Below, one piece after another: positions 47,370 to 60,132 of a DNA stretch of 64,000 nt. The notes beneath the pieces were generated by a model. It searched no databases, was not told the origin of the DNA, and was given only the letters and a program-made list of their open reading frames with translations. Made by a program: the position numbers and the translations under genes. The stretch comes from Lepidodermella squamata (lineage: Eukaryota > Animalia > Gastrotricha): contig JBLDXI010000004.1 of assembly GCA_047495785.1 (NCBI GenBank), positions 2,542,001 to 2,606,000 on the forward strand, given 5' to 3'. Position 1 is the first letter of the stretch, and every line of letters starts with the position of its first letter.

Positions 47370-48900
47370 ACAATATGTACCAACCTGAGGTTAACGAAAC
47401 TTATTTCATCGAAAACAGAACTTAAAACTGGCTGCGGTGGAGCAACAAACCGTTAACCTCTGACTTCTCAACAACCCAGAATTACAACGCTAATCGATGG
47501 ATGGATGGTGTATTTGAGTAGTTACTACAACAGCTACTACGGCCTACGGCTACATCTGTGAAATTTCGCATGTTTGCTCGACTTGTCCTGTTGGTTAGAA
47601 GAAACAGTTGTCGAAATGTTAATTGTTTCAAAATACGAGCTTAGACTACCCATCTGCAACAAATTTCTGCAGAAATTTTGGGAACAGCACGACATTATGT
47701 GTACCAAAACCCAAAACATTGGCATTCGTTGATTTTCGCTAGAATATATTCGGAAATAATTGGCCAACCTCTATGGATAGGTCTGAGCAAGCTTGATTGG
47801 ACGAATCAATGAAAATGGGCTGATGGGACATTGATCTCAGTGAATGACAGTGCCGGCGAATGCGTTACGTTCGACCGATACCGCGGTTTTTGTAATGCCA
47901 GAAAGCTCTGTAGCAAACATCACGGCGTTGTATCAAGGTTTTTCGAATGTTGGCTCGGGATGGCGAGGGACTAGCTCGTTGGATAATGCTACATGGTACA
48001 ATGCTTTCGTCTGCCAGCAGTCTGTTATTCTGAGGCTGGAAATCACGACTACAACTGAGGCTATAACATCAACAACAACAACAAACAACAGATTAAATTC
48101 CCATTGTAGAAGCCTCAACTTTCCCTGGTAAGATTAGGATTGATTCCGAAGCCGAATCATTAATGATGCCTCGCGCAGGTATCAATAAGCCTCTTGATAT
48201 TTTGTTTGCCATCGACTGCTCCAATTCTGTGCCAATGACCAGGCTCAATGAGATGGACAACTTAATGAATGAGCTCATTAGTCGGGTTTCAGCTTGTTCG
48301 ACTGATTGAAAGGTATGATTAGCTCAAAAGCTATTTGGGACGCTGTAAAGGTATTGCCGTACTCATTTGTTGAAGAGCTATACTGGACAGTCATTAGGTC
48401 ATGGGAACTAACATTAGTGTTATAACGGTAGCAGACCTTTGAAATCTATTTGGGCTTTGGGCGTCACGATTTTAGACCTTAGGAGGTTCAAATATCTCTT
48501 TGAGTTTCTTAAAGTTGGAATTTTCAATCAGATTGCCATCATTGCTTTCGGTGGCCGTTACGCAGGGGTGAAAATATCACCCCTTCAGCCAATTGTTGAT
48601 TATGCAGTGACAAGAATCAATGATTCATTATTATATTTCGGAAACGTGGGTGTTATTTCAAGTGCACTTGGACGGCTAAGCCATTATTCTACTTGCAAAG
48701 GTTTCCCGAGCAATATTTTTCGAGCACTTCATATTAATTTTTCCTCATTTTATACAAGATGATTTTCAACGAAATGCAACTCCTGTCGCAGTCATTTTCA
48801 CGGCATCATCGTCGTCGGAAATTGCTACGTTGGAGCAACAGCTCAGCTACATGGCAGCTACGAAGCGGCGCGTGATTCTAGTGCGCCTGCCTTCGAACAA
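47370..48900 (+). pseudogene. Divergent CTLD-CTLD-short Thr tract-vWA pseudogene
   Basis: YICEISHVCSTCPVG, ITALYQGFSNVGSGWRG..AFVCQQ and PLDILFAIDCSNS are homologous to cluster genes but carry stops and frameshifts; boundaries approximate. Confidence 0.65.
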
Positions 48901-49341
48901 TAGAATACGGAAAATGTCGCGTCGATTTTCTACCAGACTATTCAAATATTCAACAGTGGAAAAACACGTCAGACGCTGTGGCTGCTGTAGTTCGGGAAAT
49001 GTTACATGTGGCTTGAATACGTTTAGCGGAATTAAAATATGAATTGAATCTTGAAGATTCGATAATCCCGTGTTCCCACATTTTCGTTACCCATCTTGAC
49101 TTGACTTCAGTTTGTGATGATGAAAATTGGAGACGGATGGAGAGAAAGAATGACAGAAGACTTTCCGAGACTGAAGGTTTGACCAGAAATAATTGAGTCG
49201 TTTACGAAGATTGAATTGCTCCTACATATCAAGATAATCCCGTTTCCTATATTATGTATCTTGCCGCTTATCGCGTGTTCCTTATCAGCTATAAGTCCCT
49301 GTTTATTACTTGATAGCATTAAGGCATTACGCACTTTCAAA

Positions 49342-50457
49342 ATGAGCAGCAATTTTAACTATGCGAAATTTGCCCAAGCCTGCGAAGATGACGACCTTGC
49401 CGTATTCTCGTCAGACCTCGACGACGCTGTTTCAGCACTTGGTGCCGATAAAATCGCTCGGGTAGTCAGTGCAACAGCAAGCCACAAATGCCTCAGTTAC
49501 CTGTTATCAACGCGAGACGTTAATTTGGAAACAAAGGGTTCTTACCCAAAGTTACGGCTTCTCACATCCGATCATACCTGCTTAACAGCAGCTTGCGATC
49601 CAGCTATAGGAAAGCTTGAAGTCAACACTGTTTCACCGTTTACTACTGAACAACATCGAGACAGCGACCGTGTTGAAGATCGTTTAAAAACAGTTGGCAT
49701 ATTGCTAGACCACGGTGCTAACATTGATTACGTCGATCCTTATCGATACACAGCTTTGAAATTGAGTTTGGAATATCGACTGAGGCCTTTGGTTGAATTG
49801 TTGGCAACCCGCGGGGCAAATTTGAACATCCCAAGTGGCGAATCACCCCCCTTGAATACTGCCTACTTCAATAATTGCTGGGACATTGCGAAATTTCTCA
49901 TAGAATCTGGGGCTAATCTAGAGAGCACCCATCATCCTGAGGATAAAGTTCGTGTATGGAGGTCGTGCATGGTTGATTTGTTTCTTCGCGCGGCAGATTT
50001 CGCTGTTCCAAACGGCGTCAAATTGTTTGTTTTCCCTGGAGGGGTAAAGGCTGATTTTTTCAAAACCCTGGCTAAGGCTGGTATGATGTGCAAATGCTGC
50101 GCTAAGGGCGATTATTTCACCAGCATCATATTGTCAAGATTTGCCTATGAAAGGATCAATAATCTGAGCCAACTGGACGATCACTTGTTTGAAATTCTTC
50201 TCTTCGCAAGAATGACATCGACATTCAACCCGGAGAATTACAAGCCGCGAACCGGCGATGGCGTTGATAGCCCTAAAATACGAAAAATTGTGATGCCTCA
50301 TTTAGCGCAACTTTTCCCCATGAAGCTACAGGCCATGTGCAGGATGGTGATCCTCAACCGACTGCCAACTGGTTTCAAGAAAAGAATAGATGCTATAGAT
50401 AACGGACTGGACAACGTTTTACCGCCAGTATTGCTTCGCTTTTTGAAATTTGAGTGA
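49342..50457 (+). CDS. Ankyrin repeat and SOCS box (ASB-like) protein, intronless
   Basis: Ankyrin motifs LLDHGANIDYVD, LATRGANLN, FLIESGANLE; C-terminal SOCS box PMKLQAMCRMVI...LPPVLLRFL. Confidence 0.8.
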   Translation: MSSNFNYAKFAQACEDDDLAVFSSDLDDAVSALGADKIARVVSATASHKCLSYLLSTRDVNLETKGSYPKLRLLTSDHTCLTAACDPAIGKLEVNTVSPFTTEQHRDSDRVEDRLKTVGILLDHGANIDYVDPYRYTALKLSLEYRLRPLVELLATRGANLNIPSGESPPLNTAYFNNCWDIAKFLIESGANLESTHHPEDKVRVWRSCMVDLFLRAADFAVPNGVKLFVFPGGVKADFFKTLAKAGMMCKCCAKGDYFTSIILSRFAYERINNLSQLDDHLFEILLFARMTSTFNPENYKPRTGDGVDSPKIRKIVMPHLAQLFPMKLQAMCRMVILNRLPTGFKKRIDAIDNGLDNVLPPVLLRFLKFE

Positions 50458-50688
50458 TTCTGAATACTGAATTTTTCTTTGAGAAGGTTAACAGCAAAAA
50501 TATCTGGATCAATAAAGTACCTCTCTAATAGATTGTGAGTGTGTGTAATCCGATAACACAAACGCGATAACGGCGATAACAACGTGATACTGATAAGACA
50601 CTGTGAATAAGACGTTGCGGTATAAAAGCAGGCGAAATAACACCTCAAAACACATCCAAGCATCCTTCACACATAAAAAGCTAAATCC

Positions 50689-51933
50689 ATGAAGATTCTA
50701 GCACTTCAACTCGGTATAAAATCGATCAAACTTGTTCCGGACGACGCCTCAGTCAAGCCCAGCTACCAAGCCAATGATGTAATCACTGGCTCGTGTCACT
50801 ACGTCATCAGTAGCGATCGCGACCTTCTCAACACGCAGAACGAGGAGGAACCTATTGTACTCGAAATCACGCTTCGAGGGCTGTCCAAGGTTCACTGGAT
50901 TGATACTAAAACTTCGAGTGCTATCGGTGGAAAATCATCGGCAGTCACTTACTCGTCGACTCGGAGTCTCCTTTACATGGTCCAGAGGACCACTCTCAAG
51001 GACGAACAACTCACCCCGGGAAAGCACCGCGTACCTTTCCGCTTCGAACTTCCAGAAGAACCGTAAGTTGAGCAAAAAATTAACCTCATCCTTTAGTGTT
51101 TGTATGTAATTCATAGGTTAAGCACCTCATTCGAAGGTACCCACGGCTTCGTTCGATACTCAATCACGGCCCAGCCTAAAGTTTCATGGCTTGGTGGTTT
51201 CTTTGCTGTAAAATCGACTTTACCGTTGAAGGTCGTTCAGCCCCCACTAAGCGATTACTCGGTCAAAGTCGGAGGTTCCAACTCGAAGTCTGTCGGCCCT
51301 CTGTTTGCTAAATCCGGTCCATTCGCTATTGGGGCTGAGTGCGATAGAGCCGCGTATGACCCCCAGGGGGATGTTGCTATTCTCAAGGTTGAATTAAGGA
51401 ATATGCCCTCTCGAATGGCCGCCGAACCCAGCTTAAAACTCGTTCAAACCTGTGTTTTTACGGCCGATTGCGGAAAAACTCGGACGACTTCGGAATACTT
51501 CGATTTACAGCCAATGAATGAGCACGACAAGAAAGGCAATACTGCACCGCCGGATTTGTCCCAAGGAGGTTCATCAAACTGGAATCGGATGGCCTTCAAA
51601 TTACCGGAAGTTACTCCCTCGATTTCGAGTGGGAATATTTCAGCGACCTATCACCTCGAGGTAGCTGTGTCGATTCTGTTGGCTCTTAACCTCCGCGTCA
51701 ATTTGCCGATTTCGATGGAAACAATGCCGTGCAAGCGGGAACCTGAAAAGATGGCTGATAAGGCTGGCAAGGTGGATTCCATTGTTGAGAACAATACGTA
51801 TTACGATGACGAAGCGCCACCTAGCTATTTTGCGACATTTTACGATGGGCAAGTTGCAATCGTTCCGCACAATTTCGATCGGCAGCAGGGGACAAATGGC
51901 GAGAAATATGAAAAAGACACTGGAAAAAGCTAA
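50689..51933 (+). CDS. Alpha-arrestin (arrestin-domain protein); exons 50689-51062, 51117-51933
   Basis: Y..NDVITG, GLSKVHW, LTPGKHRVPFRFELP, STSFEGTHGFVRY, C-terminal PPSY (PPxY). Confidence 0.88.
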
Positions 51934-52809
51934 AAAATACGTCAAACTCCCAAACTCACTATTCTTGATATTCTTAATTTTCTGCTTTGAAAGATTCCAA
52001 TAAAATTTATGATATTACGTATTACCTACGGCAACTGGCTTCTAATGATTCATCAAATACGCGGAAAAGTCTCTCTGAAAACGATGAATGGTTCTAGCTT
52101 AGAAAAATCTGAATGAAATATCGTTTAATCACCGTTAAATATGCAGGAAGCAGCTGTCTCTTAATTGTGCATGGATCACAATTTCAAGCGTCTGAAATAG
52201 CTCTTTTTATGACCAAATGGCGAACCAGTCTTGCGAGCAGTCCGCGAAGTACAGGGGCCTCAGTTCGCAAGGCCATAGTGGAAACCTCTGAAAAACCAAA
52301 GGGGGGACCCTTTGGTCATCTGAGCCCGAAAATACCCCCTAGTTCGAGGATCCTACTTCACGTACTGCTTGCGAGTACGAGACTGAGAGCCGGGTCAAGT
52401 CGAACCACTGCGCCGATCCAATAGGCTGGCAAGCGAGCCAGCCTTTAGTCGAAAAAAGGAGAAATCAAATCTCGAATGCGCCTGGTGTAATATGCGGTCC
52501 GGGTCGGTCATGCCCAGATTTGGTGTTGTTAAGTCTGGGTCGCCAGGTCCAAGGACGGCTTTGAATGATCCAAAAGAAGAACCATCTAGCTTGAATTTGA
52601 ACATTGCCTAGTTAAATGATTGTGGGACACGGAGACAAGCGAGAATATGTTTCGAAGTTAAAAAGAATAATTAATAAGGTATTATTTTATTAACCAAAAT
52701 TCAAAAAATAAACAATGATTATGGTCTGTAAAATCTCTAGTATAACACAAGCTAGAAGGCTTCATAAAAGGCCTAATTTTACGAATGAAAAGCTAAAATG
52801 TTAGAAGAA

Positions 52810-54068
52810 TTATTTAGCTTTGGCTTTGACTCCATTCTTCTTGCCATTTTTACCCTGCGACTCTTCGAAGTTTTCTGGAAGAACTGCAACTTGTTGATTC
52901 AAGAATGTCGCAAAATAGCTCGGTGGCGCTTCGTCATCGTAGGCGCTTTTCTCAATGAGCGAATCCTTCTCGCCTGCCTTATCAGCAATTTTTCGAGGCT
53001 TCGCCTCAGCCTTCTTTTTACACGGCACTGTTCCCATCAAAATTGGCAAATTGACGCGTAGGTTCAGGGCCCAAGGGATTGACATTGCTACCTCAAAGTG
53101 ATAAGCCACCGAAATGTTTCCACTAGCAATCGAGGGAGATACCGTCGGTAGTTTGAATGCCATCTGATTCCAGTTAGACGAAGCCCCCTTCACCAACTGC
53201 GATGCAGTGATACTCTCCATGTCATGCTGGTTCAGCGGCTGCAAATCTAAGCTCTTCGTTGTTGTTTGAGTTTTCCCACAATCGGCAGTAAAAATGCAGG
53301 TTTGCACGAGTTTCACGTAAGGTTTGACCGTTCGAGAGGACATGTTGCTGAATTCAGCCGTGAGATGGGCGACATCTCCCAGGCAATAATACGCAGCCCG
53401 ATCGCACTCGGCCTCGACAGTTAGCGGGCCAGATTTGAGAAACAGGCAGCAGACAGACTTGGAATTCGTACCAGCGACTGGTTTCAACTGGGACGGGTTG
53501 CTGATAAACAAGCGTTGAACGACCTTCAAAGGCAGGGTCGATTTAGGAACGAAGAACGATCCAAACCATGAGGCCTTAGGTTGGGCTGTGATCGAATATC
53601 GAACATAGCCATGGGCTCCTTCAAATGACGTGCTTAGCCTGCGAATTGAGAGTCGTAATCAAAATCTGTGGCTTTGTTTTTTCGATTAACCTACCCTTTA
53701 TCCGGAAGTTTGAACTGGAAGGTTATGCTGTGTCGCCCCGGGGTGAGTTGTTCGTCCTTGAGAGTGGTCCTGCTAACCAGATTAACCAAAGTTCGAGACG
53801 ATGAGTAAGATACTGTGTAAGTCGTTGTTGTGGTCGATTTTCCAGTGCTAATAGTCATAGTACGAGTTTCGGTCCAATGAACGTTAGACAGGCCTTGCAG
53901 CTTGATTTCAAGTACGATCGGCTCCTGTTCGTTTTGCGTGTTGCAGTTGAATATGCCCCGCTCGGCATTGATGACGTAGTTGCACGAGCCAGTGATCACA
54001 TCATTGGATTGGTAGATCGGCTTGACCGAGGCTTTGTCAAGAACAAGTTGAATCGATTTTAGGCCCAT
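52810..54068 (-). CDS. Alpha-arrestin paralogue; exons 54068-53695, 53638-52810
   Basis: Same motifs and intron position as the + strand copy; PPSY retained. Confidence 0.88.
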
Positions 54069-55819
54069 ACGTATATTATAGTGATTTTCGACTTTAGGAA
54101 AGGATTTTGTTTGTTTGTTCGGGTAGATGATGCATCGCGGTGTGGTGGCGGCTGCTTTTATACGGCAGCCCCTTATTCACAACTTTTTATCAGCCGGCAA
54201 CGAGCGGCGTTGTGAATCATGCCCTTTTTCAACCGAGATAGCGATGAATTATCGCCATTATCGGTCTTGTGTTATCACTTACCTCACCTTCCTCAGCAAT
54301 CACGAGATTGATAACGATTTATGAGAAGCTTTCGTTATTTATAGGTTAAAGAAGCTATTTTTACCGCTTGAGCATCTCGCAGAAGCTGTTAAAATCGCCA
54401 ATTTGTGAGTGAACAACTCGGCATAAGGGCTTGGAAAAAGTGTGTGAAGTACGGGAGTACTGGTCCGGTTTAAAACCGAAGATTACGAAAATATTGGGTT
54501 TATCTGGGACCAGAATTATTTATTCATACCTGTTCATAATAAATTTCGGGACAAAATGGTTTCGCAAATCTTTGCCTTGTTTGTTTGAGTTCAGAATTCA
54601 ATTCGAAATTTAAGAATCGAGGATGTCATGTCGCTGAAGCTTTGAATATTCTAGTCAATAGGCCGCGTGAAATGAAGCGAATGAACAGGCTTGTTCAAAA
54701 AATGAACAAGGCCGCCTGAGTCTACATGCGTCAATTACTTCAATCATTATTCACTGATGACGATTGTTTTTGGCTGAGTTTCCTATCTTCCTGTCATGTG
54801 AATTACATCTTATTGACGTCATACTCTTCGATTTCTTTGTTTCAGCTGTCTCTTCACCCTGTTTTCCCGCAGACATATTTTTTACGCCGTTTCACACGTA
54901 TTTAATAGGGCATTTCTTGCCTGGAATCTTCATTCCTTTCAATCGCTCAGTTATCTCACTTGATAATATTTGATAATTTTTCTCTGTTCCTTATTAATCT
55001 CAATTCCTCATTTTTGGTTAACCAAAGACAACTATGAAGACTCGGTCGGTGATGTAGCCCTTGTATTAAAAGGGGTTGCGACTAAGCATCATATTATCTC
55101 AATATTTCTCTTTTTAGTATCTTTCTTCTCCGTCTTTCTGCGGCGCTAGTGCCGTTGATCAATAGTTAATAATCATGTGATAAAGCGGAGCGAAGGATTC
55201 AAGCCTCGAGGAAGTGAGCTGCTGTCCAAGCAGATTCCCTGAGCACGCGGTTCTCTCTTCCCCATTCACCGGCAAACAAAGAGATGGATACTAGATACAA
55301 AAGCCTGGGGACCTTGGATCGACCTTTTAGGCCTCACTTGGGTAGATGTAGTACTTTATGTGTAAATGCGCCCATATAGGACTGCGATGACCTCTGGGCT
55401 TTACTCGGTCAAATGAAACACCTCCATTCTAGCCAGCAACACTGGGTCGCTGGGTTCCTTGAGCTGAGAAAACTGAGAAAAGACCAGGGGCAGAGTCAGG
55501 TATTTCATCATATCATTATATCTTCAAATTATCATACATCTTTATGATTAATTTGTTTATCATTATATATTTTATTATTATTATTATTATTTGTTATATT
55601 GACTCGTTTTGATTATGGGTGACTGGTTTGCAGCTGGTTTGTTTGGGTGGTTCGCTTGGCTTGACGCTTTGTTCTGTTCGTAGGATTGCTCCGTTGTTCC
55701 GAGTCGAGTTCGGGTTTCGGGATTGGTCCTCATCACAAAATAAATTAAGCACGAGGGGAGGCTCAAGTTTACTCAATAAGATTTTTCCGAGACTGCAGGT
55801 GATGGGTGAGTTTCTCAGA

Positions 55820-56050
55820 TGAAGGGCTCAGATGAAGGCTCAAGGCACGTAGGCACGTATGACGTGGGCTCAGGGCGAAGGCTCAGTCAAGGCTCTGTAA
55901 AAGGCAAAGCACAATTGTTTACTATTTCCAGGGCTCGCCAGTTCGCTCGGTCAGGGCTCAAACCAGGCTCAGGCTCGCGGGCTCAGGGTGGAGGCTCAGT
56001 CAAGGCTCTGGGCTCAAAGGCTTAAAGGCTCAAAGGTTCAAGGCTCGCCA
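55820..56050. repeat. Degenerate GGCTCA short-unit repeat
   Basis: Many AGGCTCA/GGGCTCA units in ~230 bp. Confidence 0.6.
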
Positions 56051-56819
56051 AAATGTCTGTCATGTATAAACACAATAATTAGCCATAATAAGCAAACGTT
56101 ACTTGAATTTGAGGCCTCAGGGTTCTGGGCACGGACAGGCATTGGCTGACGCTGAATTAGACGAGGGCAGGATATTCTCGGTAGGCTCGAGGGCTAAGGA
56201 TCTAAAGACAAGGATGAGGTGCACAGCTGTAGAGTAGAAGTTTCTGGCAATGATGGCCGAACTTCAAATATCAACCAGTTAAAAATTTTGCGCCGAGGCA
56301 TAACTGGGATTAAATCGACCAAGTGCCGTATGCGCCATGCGGGAGAATGATCGTTCATGGTCTTATGGCCGAAGCTATCGAAAGATAGTGAAGCTATGTA
56401 TTTAATGTAGTCGGCCAAAACATTGCCAGCTGCCAGGCAACGTTTGCCGTAGCGTTCCAGACGTTCGGTGAAGATGTCTTCAATTGAGGGCACATCAGGA
56501 ATTTGTTAAGTTTCAGAGGTTTAGGAGCGTGTTTCAGTTGGAAATCTTCACAATTTTCTTGTTCCTCTTGCGTCGAAAGGCGGAGGGCCTATAATAATAT
56601 AGGCTATATTATAGGCTATAAAAATAAAATTACAGCATGCTAAAGTTTTTGCTGAACCAAGTATCATCGATAAGCCACAATTTTGAATATTAGGTATGAA
56701 CATTGAACAAGACAGTGTAAAAGATGAGCAAGAGCACCTGGATCTACAATGCTGCTTGCGTGCATTTCTCATTTCTCCTTTCCATCATTATTCTCAGTTG
56801 ACTCCTCGCCATGCCAATG

Positions 56820-56875
56820 CCATGCCAATAAATCTTGTGGTTGCTGCTTTGGTAAGCTATCCTGTGAGATTACTT
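56820..56875 (+). pseudogene. Relic of Cys-rich peptide exon 1
   Basis: LVVAAL|GTAAGCTATCCTGTGAGATTA matches exon 1 and intron of the 58792 gene; upstream 56668-56790 matches 58407-58520. Confidence 0.5.
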
Positions 56876-57228
56876 ACATATTTTCGTTTTTCATTTCACA
56901 CGCCTTTCAAATTTCCGCAGTGTTTTCTGAACATTTTCAGGAGAAGTTAGTTTCCACAAGAAATGGTTTCATCTAAAAACTTGCCGTAGGTGCTTGACTA
57001 GAAAATTTGAAATTCAAAAAATGTGGATGTTTCTAACCTTCTGAAAGGTTGGTTTCGTTGTTCGTCGATAAGCTGCGAAATGAAGCGAATGAACAAGATA
57101 CTTCAAAACAAGGGCACCTGAATCTACAAAGCTACATTCGCCATTATCCTCTATCATTATTTTACTTAAGAGGCTAAACGTAAAAATTAGCTGAGTTTTT
57201 CTTCTTGAGAAGTGCATTTGTAGATAGT

Positions 57229-57236
57229 TGACGTCA
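57229..57236. promoter_or_regulatory. CRE palindrome TGACGTCA upstream of peptide gene 1 (also at 54814-54821 in a duplicated promoter block)
   Basis: Exact CRE ~180 bp upstream of ATG 57414, followed by TATTTAA; conserved in the duplicated block. Confidence 0.4.
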
Positions 57237-57413
57237 TATTCGTCAATTTCTTTGTTTCAGCTGCTTTCTCTCTTCACTCTGTTTCCCACTGCTTGCGTCA
57301 TTGTTTTCGTATTTAATATGCCCATCTTGGCAGGAATCTTCATTCATTCTGATCGCTTAATTTTCTCACTTGATAATATTTGAATTTTTCTCTCCTTCAA
57401 AGAAGCAAAAATC

Positions 57414-57730
57414 ATGGTGAATAAGGTCATTCTTGTTACTGCTCTCATTGTAAGTTTTCAGCGAGAGTATTTGACGTTTTTCACAATCATGTTCGTTATT
57501 TACAGGCCGTTGTTGCCGCTGTGTCTCTCGCTGCCGAAGCCCCTGTTGAATCAGCGCGCGAGAAATGCCCTGGTGGTTACAAATGTCGGGAGAAGAACAC
57601 TAGGCTAGCCAACTGCATGCCTCACGGAGGGAGAGCTGTTTCGTGCCCCGAGAAGAACCACTATGTTGGATGCAATAATGGCGAGCCTATCTGTTACCGA
57701 AAGTACGTGCCAGTGAAACATTCTCGTTGA
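57414..57730 (+). CDS. Secreted 6-Cys peptide precursor 1; exons 57414-57449, 57506-57730
   Basis: MVNKVILVTALI|AVVAAVSLAA-EAPVESAR-EKCPGGYKCREKNTRLANCMPHGGRAVSCPEKNHYVGCNNGEPICYRKYVPVKHSR; AATAAA downstream. Confidence 0.8.
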
Positions 57731-58791
57731 TTCTCAAGGCTGAAGGCTAAATGTTCGTCAAGCTGAGGAGTGCAGCGCAAATATTGCAAATAAAAGTGGT
57801 AGAGATATAATGTGCAATAAATATTACTTGTCATAATGGCTCCGTTATTTATTTTCAAATGTTTTGCTTTTTTGGTACCACATCTCGTGAATTTGAATTT
57901 GAAAGTCGATTACAAAAGAATCGAATATAGTAAATTTCGAGTAAAGTTAGCTCATTGTTGCAGGATTGTGGCGGATCTATCTTCTACAGAGTGCTTTCTT
58001 CGAACTTGGACACTGGTCGCGGCGTGTATGAAGATCACAGCAGACCCGGTTCAGACATCACGCAGTCTTGTATAGATGGAACTACCGTTATCGTTGTTAT
58101 CAGTCTCAGAGGTTCCCCCTGTGCTACTATGGCAGCTTTGCAGACTCATCAATCGTCGTCGAGTACAGCGTCTCACTGCAATCCCTAGAGCCCCACAGCG
58201 CCAATGATTCAATCCATGAGTGCGTAGTGCGTTAGCTATTGGTACCTCACGCCAACCAGATCACCGCGGCTGCCTCCCCGCCGGTCCACACCGGCGATCA
58301 AATGATGGCTACTCGGCGCGGAAGCCTGGAGACTGCAGGTCGCTGAGTTTCTTGTGCTGAGAAAACTCGAAATTCAGTTTTTCAGATTTTACTGAAGCCA
58401 GGATTATTGATAAGCCACAATTGTTGAGTATGAACATTGAACAAGACAGGAAGACAGTGTAAAAGATGAGCAAGAGCACCTGAATCTACAATGCTGCTCG
58501 CGTGAATTTCTCCTTTTCATTATTCACTGATGACGCTATCAACTTTTAGATGAATTCCTATTCACAATGCCTTGCCAAATACCAAATACTTATCGCGTTA
58601 TACATCGATTTTTTCTAGTGCCAATGGGTTCAGCTGCCAGCTGCCTCTGAACCCTGTTTGATCAGTTCTGCTGACGTAATTTCATACTATTTAACAGGGC
58701 CCCTTTCGTTAAGAATCCTCATTCCTTCTGCTCGTTCAGTTCTCTCACGTCAAGAGTTTTGAATTTTTCTATCTTTTGCAAAAGCGAAACT

Positions 58792-59095
58792 ATGAACAAG
58801 GCGGTTCTTGTTGTTGCTGTTTTGGTTAGCTATTATCCTGCGAGATTATATATGGTTGGTTTCAATATTTCCCTTTTGATTTTGACAGGTCTTCCTAGCT
58901 GTCGTGTCTATGGCTGCCGAAGCCCCTGTTGAATCAGCTCGCGAGGAATGCGCTGATTACAAATGTACAAAAAGCAGTAATGTAGCTACTTGCGTGCCTC
59001 GCAAGAAAGGAGAGCAGATTTGGAAGCCATGCGGGAGTAACTTTCACATCGGCTGCAAGAATGGATCCCTTTTCTGTTACCGTAACGGCAAGTGA
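58792..59095 (+). CDS. Secreted 6-Cys peptide precursor 2; exons 58792-58824, 58889-59095
   Basis: MNKAVLVVAVL|VFLAVVSMAA-EAPVESAR-EECADYKCTKSSNVATCVPRKKGEQIWKPCGSNFHIGCKNGSLFCYRNGK. Confidence 0.8.
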
Positions 59096-60132
59096 AGTGA
59101 AGTGACCTTCAAGCTAGAGAGGATTGGCGAAATGATTTTGTGGAAAAAGGATTATATTGCACCCATGAGCGATGGAGTAGTAGAGAGATAATGTGAAATA
59201 AATATTACTCTCCAGTATATATGCTTTCCAAATTATTCTTCGGTGTTTGGCTATCCTCAGCGCACAATTCTCTGTTGGTCCGAGATTCGGGATTGCCGTA
59301 TCTACCAGCTCGATAAGTTCAGGAAAGAAAAATAAAAAAAACCTACAGGACTAGGTCTGATAATTGTGGGGCCGACATATACCCGTGCCTCCAGCTCGAA
59401 GTCCTCCTTTCCTCTTACGTAGCATGTTGTATAACTTGAGCTCAACATTTGCCAGTGACCAGTGTTCAGGGCATTGGAAATGAATAAATCATTCTCCTTA
59501 ATTCTAAAGGCTGCAGGCTAAATGTTCGCCGAGATGAGAAGTGTCGCAAAATGACCTTGCAGCGCGGAAATTGCACCCGCGATGAAGCGGTAGAGATATA
59601 TAATGCGCAATAAATATTGCTTATGATATTGGCTCCGTTGCTTGTTATGTTGGTTTTTTTCTAAAATGCGTATGATTACGTATCATCCCAGGCAGGGAAA
59701 AACCGGTACATATTCTCAAAAAACGATCGACGCATTAACAAAATCAATAAATTGGGACTAATAGGGAAATTAAAGTGCTTGCATTTTTCTAGTTCTACAG
59801 TTGCTTTTAAGCATAGACAAATAATAGTAATAAATTTTGTCTGTGCTTTTAAGCTAGAGCCAGGGGCATGACGCGGAGTTACTTGAGACGGCACGCTCTT
59901 GGAAATTATTTGAAATCTGATAGCTAGCTTTGCCCAAGTCATCATGAAAATCTAGGATAGGACCCGCGGCTACTTTCGGGTAGCGACCCGAAGATGAAGA
60001 AAACCTTCCCGAACTTGGGAATCTCCAGGAGCGCGGAGCTAATCATTCTAGCACTTTGATTCCTCATCAGACATGGATTTATGAGTTATTAATGCGTCGA
60101 TCAATTTCCGAGAGAGTATTGCCAATTTTGCC

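Noticed and set aside
59273-59377. Possible solo LTR (TGTTGG...CCGACA)
   Set aside because: Very short and no target-site duplication.
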